Program-made: the position numbers and the translations under genes
Source of the DNA: Candidatus Bathyarchaeota archaeon
Lineage (GTDB): Archaea; Thermoproteota; Bathyarchaeia; Bathyarchaeales; Bathycorpusculaceae
Assembly: GCA_963775685.1 (NCBI GenBank)
Contig: CAVZJV010000014.1
Location: 2,144,001-2,208,000 of the forward strand
DNA length: 64,000 nt
Direction: 5' to 3'
Part shown: positions 19,939 through 31,305 of the stretch, piece after piece
Layout: every line of letters begins with the position of its first letter
Position numbering within the stretch: position 1 is the first letter of the stretch
The notes under the pieces: model-generated
Databases searched by the model: none
The model's input: the letters and a program-made list of their open reading frames with translations, nothing else
Told to the model about the DNA's origin: nothing

Positions 19939-20259
19939 TTAACGCTTCTTGACGTTAACTGGCTGCTGGCCTTGTTGACTTTTAATTTTCACAAGTTGCT
20001 TAGCTAATTTTTTGATAATTGCTTCTTTTGCTTCCATCTTCTCTACAAGCAGCATTCCAGACTTAACCCAAGGTACCTTGGGGAAATGTGCATCAATGTT
20101 CAGTTGGTTCTCTAATCCTAGTTTGTCTGCGGCTTCTTTGATTTCTAGGATTTTGGGCGAATTGACAGCTTGATTTTTTGGAACACGGCGTCCTTCCTGG
20201 CGTGACTTGTTTATATCAAAGTAGACTGGCCAGATTATGGCTTTATCGAGTTTACGCAT
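19939..20259 (-). CDS. srp19: Signal recognition particle 19 kDa protein
   Basis: IIWPVYFD..KSRQEGRRVPK..AV.SP. Confidence 0.95.
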   Translation of the reverse strand: MRKLDKAIIWPVYFDINKSRQEGRRVPKNQAVNSPKILEIKEAADKLGLENQLNIDAHFPKVPWVKSGMLLVEKMEAKEAIIKKLAKQLVKIKSQQGQQPVNVKKR

Positions 20260-20268
20260 ACCTTGTAC

Positions 20269-22026
20269 CTACTTTTGAGAGTAATACACTACTAGTTTTT
20301 CTCCGACCTCGGTTATGTGGACAAATCCGAAGCGTTCAAATTGTATGATGGCGTCTGGCTTTAACTTTTTGCAATCAGATTCCGAAAATCCCTCGGTAAT
20401 TGATGCGTCCTGATTAAACACTTGAGTAGGGTACTCAGTGCCAAGGGGGATCCACTGGATAAGTTGAACCTTGATTTTCCGCACATCTTCATAGGATTCA
20501 CTAGCATAAGCCGCGAAGACGCAGGTTTGGTTTTTCTCTTGAATTTTAATGTTAAAGAGCTCCATGAGCCGAATCGTCTCATCAGGCTCCATGGCTTGAG
20601 CATCTTTCTGTGAAATCCACAAACTAACCGATCTCTCGTCACCCTCGGGAACTATTACGTATTCTCTAAAACCACGCTCGGGATGTTCAGGATGCATGGG
20701 CAACTTAGCCATAAAGGCTTTAGGTAACCCTATAACTTTTAGTTCAGTTGGCTGCGCAACGAAGAAGTAGCGGTCGCTTGTGGCGTCAAGAAGTTTGCGG
20801 TTATAAGCGTAAAGGTTCTCCCAGCTAAGTGTAACATCATTTGGTTTTATGCCGACGTCGATAATCATTTTTTTGATGGCTTCAGGGATGATACCCCTTT
20901 TTCTAAGCGCTTGGAATGTGCCAAGTCGAGGGTCATCAAAATCCGCATAGTCGCCTTCTTTTATGCCTGCAACGATTTTGGATTTGCTTAGGGCGGCGCC
21001 AGTTATCTTTAGCCTTCCATAATGTATGGCTTCAGGGTATTCCCAGCCCAAATGCAGGTACATGTATTTTTGCCGGACCATGTTTGTGTAATGCTCTTTA
21101 CCGCGGATTATATGCGTCATGCCCATTAAGTGGTCATCTAAACCTGCAGCAAGATTGTAGAGCGGCCAAACAATGTATTTGCTTCCTTGCCTTGGATGCG
21201 GATATTTTTTAGTGTTAATTATACGCAGGGCTGGCCAGTCACGCACAGCAGGGTTTGGATTATCCAACTCTGTCTTCACCCGAACGACCGCTTGTCCCTC
21301 TTCGTAGCCGCCTTCTAACATGCGGTGCCAACGATCCATCTGATTATTAACATTGATCTTTCGGCATGGACAGGCTTGTTTAGCCAAGGTTTTGTTTCGA
21401 AACTCCTCAGGGCTGCATTCGCAAACGTATGCGTTACCGTCGCTGACCAGTTTCTCGGTGTACTGATAGTAGATTGGGAGGCGATCGCTTTGGATGTATT
21501 CCTCGTCGACTTTGCAGCCGAGCCATTTTAGGTCTTGCCGGATGCTGTCATAAAATTTGAGGACTGGCTTTTTGACTTTGGGATCAGTGTCTTCAAAGCG
21601 TAGGATGAATTTACCATTGTATAAGCGGGCGTACTCATGGCTAAGCAATATGGCTCGGGCTGAACCCAAGTGCAAAACGCAGTCAGGGTTTGGCGAGAAA
21701 CGGGTTACTATTTGCTTGTATTTATCAGCGTTAGGCAGGGGCGGTAATCGTTTTTCCTCAGCTTTTTCTTTCTTTTGGGTTTCAGGCCAGTTTTTCTCCA
21801 CAATAGCTTTCTGCTCAACTAATGTTAAGCTGTTAACTTCAACAACAACAGCCGTAATGACGCTTGAGAGCTCTTTAAATTGGCTTCGGAGTTCAGATCT
21901 CTCACCGAGAATCTTACCAACCATGGCGCCTGCCTGCGCTTTTCCATCATGCCCGACTGCATTTAGCAGGGCAGCTTTTCGAATAAACTCACGTAATTCA
22001 ATATCGTTTTCTAAATCCAAATCCAA
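20269..22026 (-). CDS. gltX: Glutamate--tRNA ligase (archaeal type)
   Basis: RFSPNPD..LHLGSAR, LRFEDTDP, THIIRGKEH, LSKS, FDDPRL, QFERFGF. Confidence 0.96.
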   Translation of the reverse strand: MDLDLENDIELREFIRKAALLNAVGHDGKAQAGAMVGKILGERSELRSQFKELSSVITAVVVEVNSLTLVEQKAIVEKNWPETQKKEKAEEKRLPPLPNADKYKQIVTRFSPNPDCVLHLGSARAILLSHEYARLYNGKFILRFEDTDPKVKKPVLKFYDSIRQDLKWLGCKVDEEYIQSDRLPIYYQYTEKLVSDGNAYVCECSPEEFRNKTLAKQACPCRKINVNNQMDRWHRMLEGGYEEGQAVVRVKTELDNPNPAVRDWPALRIINTKKYPHPRQGSKYIVWPLYNLAAGLDDHLMGMTHIIRGKEHYTNMVRQKYMYLHLGWEYPEAIHYGRLKITGAALSKSKIVAGIKEGDYADFDDPRLGTFQALRKRGIIPEAIKKMIIDVGIKPNDVTLSWENLYAYNRKLLDATSDRYFFVAQPTELKVIGLPKAFMAKLPMHPEHPERGFREYVIVPEGDERSVSLWISQKDAQAMEPDETIRLMELFNIKIQEKNQTCVFAAYASESYEDVRKIKVQLIQWIPLGTEYPTQVFNQDASITEGFSESDCKKLKPDAIIQFERFGFVHITEVGEKLVVYYSQK

Positions 22027-22036
22027 TACGCTCGTT

Positions 22037-23107
22037 TTACTTGCTTCGTTGTATCAAGAATTCAGCGAACGCTTTTAATTTTTCCTTAGCCTGAGGTGTG
22101 GGCAGAAGTTTTTCTGTTTCACGCCAGCTTTCCGCAACCATTTGTTCCGCTGTCTGCTTAACATGATCCATGGCCCCGTATTTCTGCATAACTGCTATGG
22201 CTTCGTCTCGAAGGGCTTGGTCTGAGGTGTGAATGTTAAGGATTTCAATTAGCTTTTTTTTGTCTTTACTGTTAGCTTTTTTTAGTGTGTAAATAACCAT
22301 CAGCGACCTTTTGCCCTCAGTGATGTCTTGTCCGACGCCGCCCTTTTTTTTGGCAAACTCTTGGCCCGTTAAATCTAAGATGTCATCCTGCATTTGGAAG
22401 GCCACACCAATGCTTTCTGCAAATCTGCCTAGCGCCTCGACCAATGGTTTATTGGCTCCTGCGAGAACTGCTGCAATTTTTGCGGCCATGCGTGCTAGGG
22501 TACCCGTTTTGTATGCACACATCTGCAGATAGTCGCCTTCGTCAAGTTCGTCGGCTTTAGCTATGCCCCTGTGCCATGCAATATCCATTGCCTGCCCCAT
22601 GCTCAGGTTAATCATCTCCTGAACATAAATTTCGTAAACATCACGTTGTATATCAGGCGAAATTCTCTCTTTTTGCTCCATCAGGGGCAGAAGTGGCAGG
22701 TAATACATGGCGTTTCCAGCGTTAACTGATATGTCCAATAGGAAAATCTTGTAGGTGCAGGGTCTGCCACGGCGCATTTCTGAGGAGTCTTCGATGTCGT
22801 CGATGACTAGGGTGCCATTGTGGATGACTTCTGGGATTATTGAGAAGTCCAAGCAGTAGTCCGCTTTTTTGCCCAGAGCTTCACAAATCAAAAGGAAAAG
22901 AGCTGGGCGCCAACGTTTTCCTCCTCGGTCCAGCATGTCCCAAATGGGGTCAGCAATCCCCTTGTTAATCGGCTCCAAGGTGTAACTGTATCTGGGCGGG
23001 GTAACTTTGAATAAAACCGCGTCCTCGCCAAACTTGCGGGGAATGTATTTTTCGATAGCTTTGTCGACTAACAGTGCGGTCTCTTCGAGAAATTTTTCGA
23101 TGTCCAA
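22037..23107 (-). CDS. idsA: Polyprenyl (geranylgeranyl) diphosphate synthase
   Basis: GGKRWRP; FARM DDIED...RRG; SARM QDDILD. Confidence 0.92.
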   Translation of the reverse strand: MDIEKFLEETALLVDKAIEKYIPRKFGEDAVLFKVTPPRYSYTLEPINKGIADPIWDMLDRGGKRWRPALFLLICEALGKKADYCLDFSIIPEVIHNGTLVIDDIEDSSEMRRGRPCTYKIFLLDISVNAGNAMYYLPLLPLMEQKERISPDIQRDVYEIYVQEMINLSMGQAMDIAWHRGIAKADELDEGDYLQMCAYKTGTLARMAAKIAAVLAGANKPLVEALGRFAESIGVAFQMQDDILDLTGQEFAKKKGGVGQDITEGKRSLMVIYTLKKANSKDKKKLIEILNIHTSDQALRDEAIAVMQKYGAMDHVKQTAEQMVAESWRETEKLLPTPQAKEKLKAFAEFLIQRSK

Positions 23108-23108
23108 G

Positions 23109-24203
23109 TTAATATGCTCCTCTTTTTGCGTATGTTTCCAATTTAAATCCGCGGGCTTGTAGCCACTGAGCAGTTTTCCCAGTTATGACTACAGGAGACT
23201 TTGTTAAATCGTTTAGTTTTTCTGATCCCACAAGGAACATGACGTTGCGTAGTTCCTCTATTAGGCAGGATAGTTTTTCCTCAGTTTCTCTGGCGCCTTT
23301 GACGGCTGTTTCCAGTATAGGCTGTGATACGCTGGCTAAACTTGCTCCAAGAGCTAAAGCTTTGGCTATATCGGTGCCGCTACGAATGCCCCCTGAAGCA
23401 ATCAAGGGCAACTTTACTGTCTGCGCATTCTCGACAAGGCTCACTGCAGTGGGTATGCCCCAATCCCAGAAAGCCTCTCCTAAGTAAACATCTTTTTGTT
23501 TAGTTGAGCGGTAATATTCAACTGCTGCAAAGCTGGTTCCGCCCAAGCCGCCAATGTCTATTGCTTTGACTCCTGCTTTCTCAAGGGCTTTTGCGTCTTC
23601 GGCTGCAATTCCTGCGCCTGTTTCCTTAACGATGACGGGTACATCGAGGGCGCCTGTGATTTCGCCAATTTTTTCGAGGACTCCATGAAAATCGGTTTGT
23701 CCCTCTGGTTGCATTGCTTCTTGTAAAGCATTCAGGTGGATTGCGACAGCGTCAGCATCAATCATTTCTACAATTTTCTTTACTTCTTTAACGCCATAGC
23801 CTTGAACAAGCTGAATTCCGCCGACATTGGCAATTAAGAAAGCTTTTGGAGCTTTTTCACGTGCCACACGATAGGTTTTTTCTAGATTTTTATTTTCGAT
23901 GGCCGCTCTTTGGCTACCCAAGCCCATCCCTAATCCAAGTTTCTCCACGGCTTCGGCTATGGAAGCATTTATGGTGGTTGCTTCTTGGGCTCCTCCAGTC
24001 ATAGCTCCCACAATTATGGGTGCGTTGAATTTTTTTCCAAGAAAAGTGGTTGAGAGGTTGATTTTGGATTTGTTTATTTCTGGCAATGCACGGTGAACCA
24101 GTGAAATATCCTGAAAGCCTGGGGTAACATTTTTGGCTTGCGCTTTTTTATCTAAGCATATTCGGATGTGGTCAACTTTGCGTTTGCCAGTTTCTTCCGC
24201 CAT
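23109..24203 (-). CDS. fni: Type 2 isopentenyl-diphosphate delta-isomerase
   Basis: RKVDHI, AMTGG, GSQR, HLNALQE..QPEG, VKETG.G, SGGIRSG. Confidence 0.96.
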   Translation of the reverse strand: MAEETGKRKVDHIRICLDKKAQAKNVTPGFQDISLVHRALPEINKSKINLSTTFLGKKFNAPIIVGAMTGGAQEATTINASIAEAVEKLGLGMGLGSQRAAIENKNLEKTYRVAREKAPKAFLIANVGGIQLVQGYGVKEVKKIVEMIDADAVAIHLNALQEAMQPEGQTDFHGVLEKIGEITGALDVPVIVKETGAGIAAEDAKALEKAGVKAIDIGGLGGTSFAAVEYYRSTKQKDVYLGEAFWDWGIPTAVSLVENAQTVKLPLIASGGIRSGTDIAKALALGASLASVSQPILETAVKGARETEEKLSCLIEELRNVMFLVGSEKLNDLTKSPVVITGKTAQWLQARGFKLETYAKRGAY

Positions 24204-24204
24204 C

Positions 24205-25023
24205 TTAGGTCTTCTCTATTTCAGTGCCTAACACACTTTGGTCTGTTAAGGCTCTGTAAATAGATAACCCTTTTGTGGCGCCCGTCACAGTCACATGGAC
24301 TCCCGCTTCGATTGCTGGGATAAGCGCTGCTATTTTGCCTGCCATGCCGCCTGTAACGTCTTTACCTTGTGATTTGCCGAGTTTTGGCTGAATCGCTTTG
24401 AGTTCCTCCAAGGTTAGTTTTTTATAGGGTTTTGCGTCTGGGTTAGTTTTGGGGTCTGCGTCGAATAAGCCGTCTGTATCTGTGCCGACAACGATTTTTG
24501 AAGCGTTGTATTTTATGGCTAAGTACCCTACTAGTTGGTCCCCTGAGAGGATTGTGAAGCCTAACTTTTCATCTAAAACTGCGTCGCCATACATGACTGG
24601 GGTGAAATTCATTTTTTGCATGGCTTTAAGGACGGTTTCGTCGAAGAATTTGATTTTTCCGTTCTCTGTCAAGAAGCAAGATGAAGGCGCTATGCTTACG
24701 GCTGGTGTCTCATGCCAAATCATAGCATCCATAACTAAACCGTTTAGAACCGTCATGACGTGATGTGTTTCAGCGAAGCCCAATTTCTGAGTTGGGTCCT
24801 CATTGTAGCCTTCTTTTAACCCATATTTTAGTGCAGTCGGGTGACCAAAACTGCCGCCTCCATGGACAACAATAAGGTTGTCGAGGTCTGCCCGCTTGAT
24901 TTCCTCCGCTAGGCGATTAATGATTTGGGTTTTCGCTGCTAACTCTCCAGTTTTGTCGGTGATGGCTGAGCCGCCGAGTTTTAGGATTATTGGCTTTAAA
25001 TCGTTCATGGCAATCGTAACCAA
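24205..25023 (-). CDS. ipk: Isopentenyl phosphate kinase
   Basis: LKLGGSAITDK, VHGGGSFGH, SGDQL, DVTGGMAGK. Confidence 0.93.
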   Translation of the reverse strand: MVTIAMNDLKPIILKLGGSAITDKTGELAAKTQIINRLAEEIKRADLDNLIVVHGGGSFGHPTALKYGLKEGYNEDPTQKLGFAETHHVMTVLNGLVMDAMIWHETPAVSIAPSSCFLTENGKIKFFDETVLKAMQKMNFTPVMYGDAVLDEKLGFTILSGDQLVGYLAIKYNASKIVVGTDTDGLFDADPKTNPDAKPYKKLTLEELKAIQPKLGKSQGKDVTGGMAGKIAALIPAIEAGVHVTVTGATKGLSIYRALTDQSVLGTEIEKT

Positions 25024-25389
25024 CCTATGTATTTGTATTCTGCTAATTTAACATTACAGTTTGTTGTTGCAATCTTTAGCTAATGAACTCTTGTTGCCTG
25101 TCATATTTGTAAATGCGTCAGTTTTATTATGCACAAATTTTGGAGGTAATTTTTATAATATTTATGTATGAAACCATTTTACCACAACAGCACCCAGTAC
25201 CCAACCGACTGCACTGCCTTTTGCATTTGCCATCCACGTCCGCCCCACATATGCAGACTGGTTTTGCAAACAGCCAAAGCAAAGCCAAAATGTAAGCTCG
25301 CAAGCGGAATGCCTCGATATAAAAAAAAGAGTTGAGGTAGAATTCGGCCGAAGGTTCTTTTTTTATTGCATACATAGTTTCTATAAATT

Positions 25390-25785
25390 TTATTGAACTG
25401 ATGTTATTGAGACGGTGTCGTTTTCTATTATAATTTTGTCGCCTGTTTTGATTTTGCAAATATCGATTTTGTCAATGCAGGGGATTTCGCTTATTATGGC
25501 GCCGACTGCTACTATGGTTTCGCATTCTTTGTTTATCATACCCCTTGGTGCGGTTCCGTTTTTCTTCATGCGGTAGAGTGTGTAGCTGCCTACGGTGGAG
25601 CCTTTGCCCTGTGGGAAGACGAGGATTTTGTCTTTGACGCTTTGACCGTTTAGTTGGTGTCCTTTTTCTAAGACCACTCCTGTATTTGGGTCAACGCCGC
25701 CGTAGAAGGAAATCGGCATCTCCGTGACTAACGCTTCGCCTTGCGCCTTGCCTTTGTAGATTATTCTCCCCTTTAGCTGTTCCAT
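25390..25785 (-). CDS. Phosphomevalonate dehydratase small subunit (AcnX swivel domain, DUF126)
   Basis: [21 protein letters not shown]; coupled to the DUF521 gene within the MVA cluster. Confidence 0.9.
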   Translation of the reverse strand: MEQLKGRIIYKGKAQGEALVTEMPISFYGGVDPNTGVVLEKGHQLNGQSVKDKILVFPQGKGSTVGSYTLYRMKKNGTAPRGMINKECETIVAVGAIISEIPCIDKIDICKIKTGDKIIIENDTVSITSVQ

Positions 25786-26978
25786 TTTCCAGTCACCGCC
25801 GCCTCAACGCATTCTTTCATGCTGCCCATCTTGGTTTTCATAAGGTTCTGCCTTGAATAGAAACATCCCTTAGCTGATGTTGTTGCTAGCGATTTGAACC
25901 TGCCTTTCAAGGGCGCGACTGCCATGCAGGTGTCGCATGCGAATTTTCCGCCTGCTGCCTCAATTGTCGCTGTGTAGCCGCGTTTATCCGCTAGCTGCTT
26001 TGCTGTTCGTGAGGTGGCAACCCAAAACTCTGTGCTTTCCGCCACCTGTCTGCCTTTCACTAACTCGGCAATTTCAGAGATTTCTTTGATTGAGCAGTGT
26101 GGGCAGCCCACGCATACAAGCTCAATTTCGGATACATCGTCGTTGATGTTGTCGTAGGCGTTTTTAAGGTCGCTTTGGTCAATGATTACTTTTTCTTTGA
26201 GTTGCGGCTGTTGCTCAGCTCCAGGTGTTACACCTTTCATGTAGAAAAGCGGTTTCGCACCATAAGTTACCACGGAGGCGCAAAATGATTTGAGTTCGTC
26301 TAGTTCCGCTGCTTTTATACCTGTTATGTATGGGATTTTGTTTTCTGCCTTCCTGCCAATTGCGTAGCCCAATGCACCCCAATCGGAGAGCTTGGTTAAT
26401 TCTGCGTTAACTCGAACGTGTACGTCGGGTATTCGGTTCTCGTCTAGGTGTAGACCGTAACAGGGGGTTTTGCCGACGAAAGCGGCTGCGAGTGCCGATG
26501 GCCCCCCTTCCCGGTTAGTTTTAGCTCCCAAAACGGAGTTGGCAAATGTGACTGCACTACTCTCTGACCATGCGACGTGTTCGCCGTAGAGCGGTAAGTT
26601 GCCGATGAGGTAGGGTGTGCAGGTACAGCTGATTATGATGCCCATGCGTTTGAAGGCGTCGATTACTAGGTTTTGTTTTTCTGCGAATTCTGGGCTGATG
26701 CCGAGTTGCTGCCAATTTTCGAGGTCCATGCCTGCGGGGTTTAGGGTGGTTAGAACTTTGACTCTGCCGTCAACTGCTAGATCGTTTAGGAATTCGAGTC
26801 CTGCATCTCCAAGGTTGTGGTAGGATACGCCTGCGACTTGGACGCTGCCTACTTTGATTAGGCTTTTTGCGCCAAAGATGTCGCCTAGTGCAGTTAGGAT
26901 TTCCATGCTTTTGCGTACGGCGTAGCCTTCTTTGCCTTCTAGCATTGCTTGTTCTTGTTTAGTTAACTCCATATTCAT
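25773..26978 (-). CDS. Phosphomevalonate dehydratase large subunit (aconitase X, DUF521)
   Basis: [38 protein letters not shown]. Confidence 0.92.
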   Translation of the reverse strand: MNMELTKQEQAMLEGKEGYAVRKSMEILTALGDIFGAKSLIKVGSVQVAGVSYHNLGDAGLEFLNDLAVDGRVKVLTTLNPAGMDLENWQQLGISPEFAEKQNLVIDAFKRMGIIISCTCTPYLIGNLPLYGEHVAWSESSAVTFANSVLGAKTNREGGPSALAAAFVGKTPCYGLHLDENRIPDVHVRVNAELTKLSDWGALGYAIGRKAENKIPYITGIKAAELDELKSFCASVVTYGAKPLFYMKGVTPGAEQQPQLKEKVIIDQSDLKNAYDNINDDVSEIELVCVGCPHCSIKEISEIAELVKGRQVAESTEFWVATSRTAKQLADKRGYTATIEAAGGKFACDTCMAVAPLKGRFKSLATTSAKGCFYSRQNLMKTKMGSMKECVEAAVTGKWNS

Positions 26979-27170
26979 TCACTATCTTGATATCCCGTTT
27001 CATACGCCCATTTCTTCATTTGTTCGCTAACTTTCGGGTCATTTGTGCGTAGACGCAAATAGGCAATTATGAAGTTGGCGGGCACATGTCCTAAGTTAAT
27101 GTCGCTTTTAAGCCATTCCAACAGTTGCTTGTGTGGGGCGACGATTTTGCCGTTGACTATGTAACCTTCT
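26975..27170 (-). pseudogene. DUF4287-like fragment
   Basis: Translates as ...HKQLLEWLKSDINLGHVPANFIIAYLRL...; no intact start. Confidence 0.4.
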
Positions 27171-27261
27171 CTCTGTGGCTATGCGGTAGAAGTCCGCTGC
27201 GGTTTTGCCGCTTTTCGTCTGAACGTTTTGCATGTATGCTTTGAAGGACATAGCATTCCGC

Positions 27262-28623
27262 CTAGAGGTACTTGTTTAAGTTAACTTTGATATAGTCTAC
27301 TTTCTTGAAGCCCTTTCCCGTGGATACCAGAGGCGCGGTGGCGTCTAAGCCGGCTTTGGCGGTTGTGGCTTTTTTGCCCTCTGAGAGGTCGCCTGATGGG
27401 TCAAGCGATGAACCAGGCTGGTTAGATAAGATTACAACGTTTTTGTCTGCTTGGAGCCTTGTGGCGATTGCCCATTCAACGTCTTGTGGATCATAGATGT
27501 TAATGTCTTCGTCCACGACGATGCAGTGTTTGAGTGATCCATGTCCTTTAAATGCGGCGGATATTGCTTTTTTGCCATCGTCGGTATTCTGTTTTTTGAT
27601 TTGTACAACGGCGTGGAGCCAGCTGCATCCGCCCGGGGTAACGTAGACGTCTCTGACTTGGCAGACTTTGCCCACTTCGTTGTAGATGGTGGGTTCTTTG
27701 GGCATGCCCATGAGGAACTTGTGCTCGTTTTTGCCTGCCAGGATGGTTTGGTAAATGGGGTTTTTGCGGTGGGTGATGCATTTGATTTCTACGACGGGTT
27801 GTTGGCGTTCGCGGTCAACTATGCCGGTTAAGTCCAGAAATGGTCCTTCTGTTGCTTTTTCCTTTGTTATTCTGCCTTCGAGGATGAATTCGGTGTCTGC
27901 TGGTACCATTAAATCGACGGTTTTGCATTTTACTACGTTGATTTTTTCTAATGCGTTTGCCATGCCTAACTCGTTTATGCCCATAGCCAAAGTAGTGGCC
28001 GCCGCCAAGAGCACTGGTGTAGAGTTGCCGATGCAGATTGCGATGTCGAGTTCGCCTCCTGCCTTTGTTAATGCTGTGTCGGTGCCTCGGTGCTCGACGA
28101 TACGGGAAACGAAGTGGTTTTTGTCTTTGAGCATTAATCGGTGAAAGCACATGTTTGGACCGAGTTGTGGATCTTTGACGACGGATACGGCTGAGGCGAT
28201 GTATTTTCCGCCGTCTTTGTCAGTGTAGTGCATGATTGGAAGCTTGGTTAAATCAACGTTTTTCTCGACTACTTCCTGGCAAGGTGCGTTCTCAACCTTT
28301 TGGGGTGGGATAGGCTTTTCGATGGCTGATAGCAATTTCGGGAGAAGTTGCTCTTTGGTTATGCCCATTGAGCGGCAAATTAGCTCTTTGGAGGAAACCA
28401 GCCCAGCCACTACGGGGTAGCTGGATTCTTTAACGTTCTCAAAATAGACTGGTTTTTCGCCTAGCGCGGCAATTATGCCTGCCATCTCGTACTCGACTGA
28501 GACAGGCTTTATAATCTTTTTTAATTCATCCTTCAGTTGGAGTTCTTCAATAAAGTCTCTAAAGCCCACTTTGGTTCGCCTTAAGTCAATGTAGCTTTTT
28601 TCTATCTTAAAAAACAATCGCAA
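27262..28623 (-). CDS. UbiD-family decarboxylase, probably anhydromevalonate phosphate decarboxylase
   Basis: DGGKYI, FHRLM, EGPF, GGCSWLH, IVVDEDI..DVEWAIATR, SSLDPS; located in the MVA cluster. Confidence 0.88.
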   Translation of the reverse strand: MRLFFKIEKSYIDLRRTKVGFRDFIEELQLKDELKKIIKPVSVEYEMAGIIAALGEKPVYFENVKESSYPVVAGLVSSKELICRSMGITKEQLLPKLLSAIEKPIPPQKVENAPCQEVVEKNVDLTKLPIMHYTDKDGGKYIASAVSVVKDPQLGPNMCFHRLMLKDKNHFVSRIVEHRGTDTALTKAGGELDIAICIGNSTPVLLAAATTLAMGINELGMANALEKINVVKCKTVDLMVPADTEFILEGRITKEKATEGPFLDLTGIVDRERQQPVVEIKCITHRKNPIYQTILAGKNEHKFLMGMPKEPTIYNEVGKVCQVRDVYVTPGGCSWLHAVVQIKKQNTDDGKKAISAAFKGHGSLKHCIVVDEDINIYDPQDVEWAIATRLQADKNVVILSNQPGSSLDPSGDLSEGKKATTAKAGLDATAPLVSTGKGFKKVDYIKVNLNKYL

Positions 28624-29653
28624 AACCGTTCTTGTTTGGCGCTTTGTTTTTTTTTGCGAGTATGGGGTGCTCTGGAGTTTTCCTATCCCGTCTTTTGTTG
28701 TGGGGAGGTTTGGTTTTTTGGTTTGGGTTGTTTTTCTGGTTGTGTTGGGATGGGAAGTGTGGGTTTTTTGGTTGCATTCTATGTTGGGTTGGTTGGGATG
28801 GGATGGGGGCGATCGGGTTTACTTGGGCGTAAATTGTGGGTCGAGTTACAGTAGGTAGGTTTATGCGTGGATCGTTTGCTCATACATTAAGCAATTAACT
28901 GCTTGTGCCGAAATAGAGAAGTCACTATTGTTATGTAAGCGTTGTATTGGCATTGTTTTATCCGGTTGATTTTCTGCACAGAGAAACAGTTGATGGTAAT
29001 GGTTGCTTTCGCTTTGACGGAGCCTACATTCAGTGGGTGCCAAAATGGAACCGTTGACCCAATTGTCGATTTGAACCATGACGACAAGATTGGCTCGAAC
29101 GACTTCTTCCCTTTCATAAGCGTTAAACAGCTTATTGGCAATCAGGAACTTGACACAACAATTAGAAATCACCAAAAAAGAGAGGAGCTTGCGGGCGATT
29201 ATCCTATGGATAAGAGTTCGATGCAACTGCTGCTCAAAATGCCAGGGGGTGTTGCTTCTAACTCCTCTACGTCACTTCTTTTTGAGGATATGAGTTCTAT
29301 TTTCTGCCAATATCGAGGGTTCGAGTTCAACCCCGCTTGCCTTTGGAGAAATAATGTTAGTGTGAATCTACTTTGGAGTAATGCCTTTCCCCACCTTTCT
29401 CTTCAGCCTTCAAGTTGCCTAGTGCATACTGAGCTTGAACGACAGCTTCAACGTACGCCATATCCAATACTTGCTTGCAGAACTATCAGAGTTTGTTTCG
29501 AATCGTGTATGTGAACAGAGTTTTCTAAAATCAACTTATTTAGGGTGGAAAGAAAGAATATAAAAAAAAGTTGTTTTCGGCTAACTCTAAATTAACACTG
29601 CAAAGTCTATTTGGATTATTTGACTTTTTGAGACAACTCTACTCGGTGACAAA

Positions 29654-30209
29654 TTGGGCCTATCAACAATCCTCTTAATTGCGGTCGGGTTAGCAATGGA
29701 TGCCTTTGCAGTTTCAATCGCAGAAGGAATTGTTATAAATCGTCAAAGGCGAAAATTCGCGTTGTTGTTAGCTGGTTTTTTTGGAGGCTTCCAAATGTTG
29801 ATGCCTGTAATCGGGTGGTTAGTAGGCTTAAGCTTTCAAGAAATAATTATGGGCGTTGACCATTGGATAGCCTTTGGATTGTTAGCTTTTCTTGGCTCCA
29901 AAATAATTTTTGACGGCACAAGAAAGTCGAGGAGGAAAAAGAAGAGCAACTTGGGCTGCATTTGATTGTTGTTTTGGCGGTCGCAAGTAGCATGGGTGCC
30001 TTGATGGTTGGCTTAAGCTTAGCCTTTTTAAAGACGCCAATTATTCAGCCAATACTAATTATTGGGTTGGTCACTTTTCTGCTTTCAATAGTTGGATTTT
30101 TTACTTTGGCTGTGGGTTAGGACGAATCTTCGGAAACAAAATCAAAATCGTTGGAGGACTGATTCTAATAGCCATAGGACTGAGAATCCTATTAGAGCAT
30201 ATACTCTAA
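29654..30209 (+). pseudogene. mntP: Manganese efflux pump MntP, frameshifted
   Basis: GLAMDAFAVS...FGGFQMLMP...DHWIAF; the C-terminal half continues in other frames (...GGLILIAIGLRILLEHIL). Confidence 0.8.
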
Positions 30210-30347
30210 AAGAATTGGATTCTGTTTTTAACGTCAAAATTGTGGTTATCACGCTATAACATAAAACCCCTTTTTTTGTCATTATTGATTTAGAAAAAAG
30301 GGGAAATGCGGGTGAAATCTCCATGGATATGGGTTCGAATCCAATCA

Positions 30348-30776
30348 CTATCGGAAAAGCACCGGGGATTTGCCTTCAATCAGGGTACTCGGGTATATTC
30401 CAAACATTAATGTTAACCTTTCAATTTTGTTCATATCTTTAACATGAATTAGGTTAACAAAGTTCCTATTTTGATCTTTCATGACGCTTAATTGCGCATC
30501 TCCTCGCGTTGTCAAGGAATAATCGCTCTTTTTCCTTTTCCAACTCTGGTAACCCATTCTTTTCCTCATCATTTCTTTGATGGTGCGAACGATAGATGAC
30601 GGGTACTTGTTAAGTTGCTCACTCAAGTCACTGGGTGTAAGCCGAGATGGCAAGAAACGGGGCGGATTATTACAATCGTTTTTCTTTTGTTTGGCGCCTG
30701 AAAGCAATGGGTTGGAGCCTTTGGAGGGGATCAATGTTTTGACTAAAAGCCATCTAATGCCATTGTTTGGTTGCAT
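30348..30776 (-). pseudogene. Degenerate winged-helix (MarR-like) regulator
   Basis: LTPSDLSEQLNKYPSSIVRTIKEM...YSLTTRG, with apparent frame disruptions. Confidence 0.45.
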
Positions 30777-30843
30777 AGTTTTTTCTTTATTGGTTGCAAC
30801 TAGACTTAAAGGTTGCTTTTTGTAAGCAATTCACTGATCTACA

Positions 30844-31305
30844 TTGACGGGCAAAGTCTGGGCGGCTCAAGAAGAAGCTGAATTAAGAACACTTGTCGAA
30901 GCGGACTCAAGTTTCGACGAAATTGCCGCTAAACTCCAAAAAACACCCAAAGCAGTAATCACAAAATGTCAACGCTTGGGTTTGCGGCTTCACACCGAAG
31001 GCTATGTGAACACTTCTGTAGCTATCCCAAGGGAGTTGCCTAGTGTTGAAGAAGCCTTAAAGGTGTTGGCGGGTGCCCTCAAAGCCTCGATTAAACCTGG
31101 GCTCAATAGGCTGGAGGTTCAACGTTTGGAAGCCGTAGCAAACATTTCTAAAACCTACAAAGAACTCCTAGTTGACTATGTTCGTTATCGAGATGTTGAG
31201 CGAAAACTCAAGGAAATGGAAGAGCAAAATGCACAGCTTAAACAGGCGCTCAAGGAGATCCAAGAAAGAACCTCGAGCTCTACGCCCCAACCAGTTCATA
31301 GCTAA
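30844..31305 (+). CDS. HTH/coiled-coil protein, putative terminase small subunit
   Basis: W...EEAELR...SFDEIAAKLQKT HTH-like N-terminus; overlaps the terminase large subunit gene. Confidence 0.6.
   Translation: MTGKVWAAQEEAELRTLVEADSSFDEIAAKLQKTPKAVITKCQRLGLRLHTEGYVNTSVAIPRELPSVEEALKVLAGALKASIKPGLNRLEVQRLEAVANISKTYKELLVDYVRYRDVERKLKEMEEQNAQLKQALKEIQERTSSSTPQPVHS

Noticed and set aside
25113-25459. Cys-rich ORFs between ipk and the AcnX small subunit
   Set aside because: Overlap a real gene, no convincing start; likely spurious
28861-29514. Overlapping ORFs on both strands
   Set aside because: No recognisable motifs; probably decayed sequence
30301-30350. tRNA-like GGGTTCGAATCC
   Set aside because: No cloverleaf can be built
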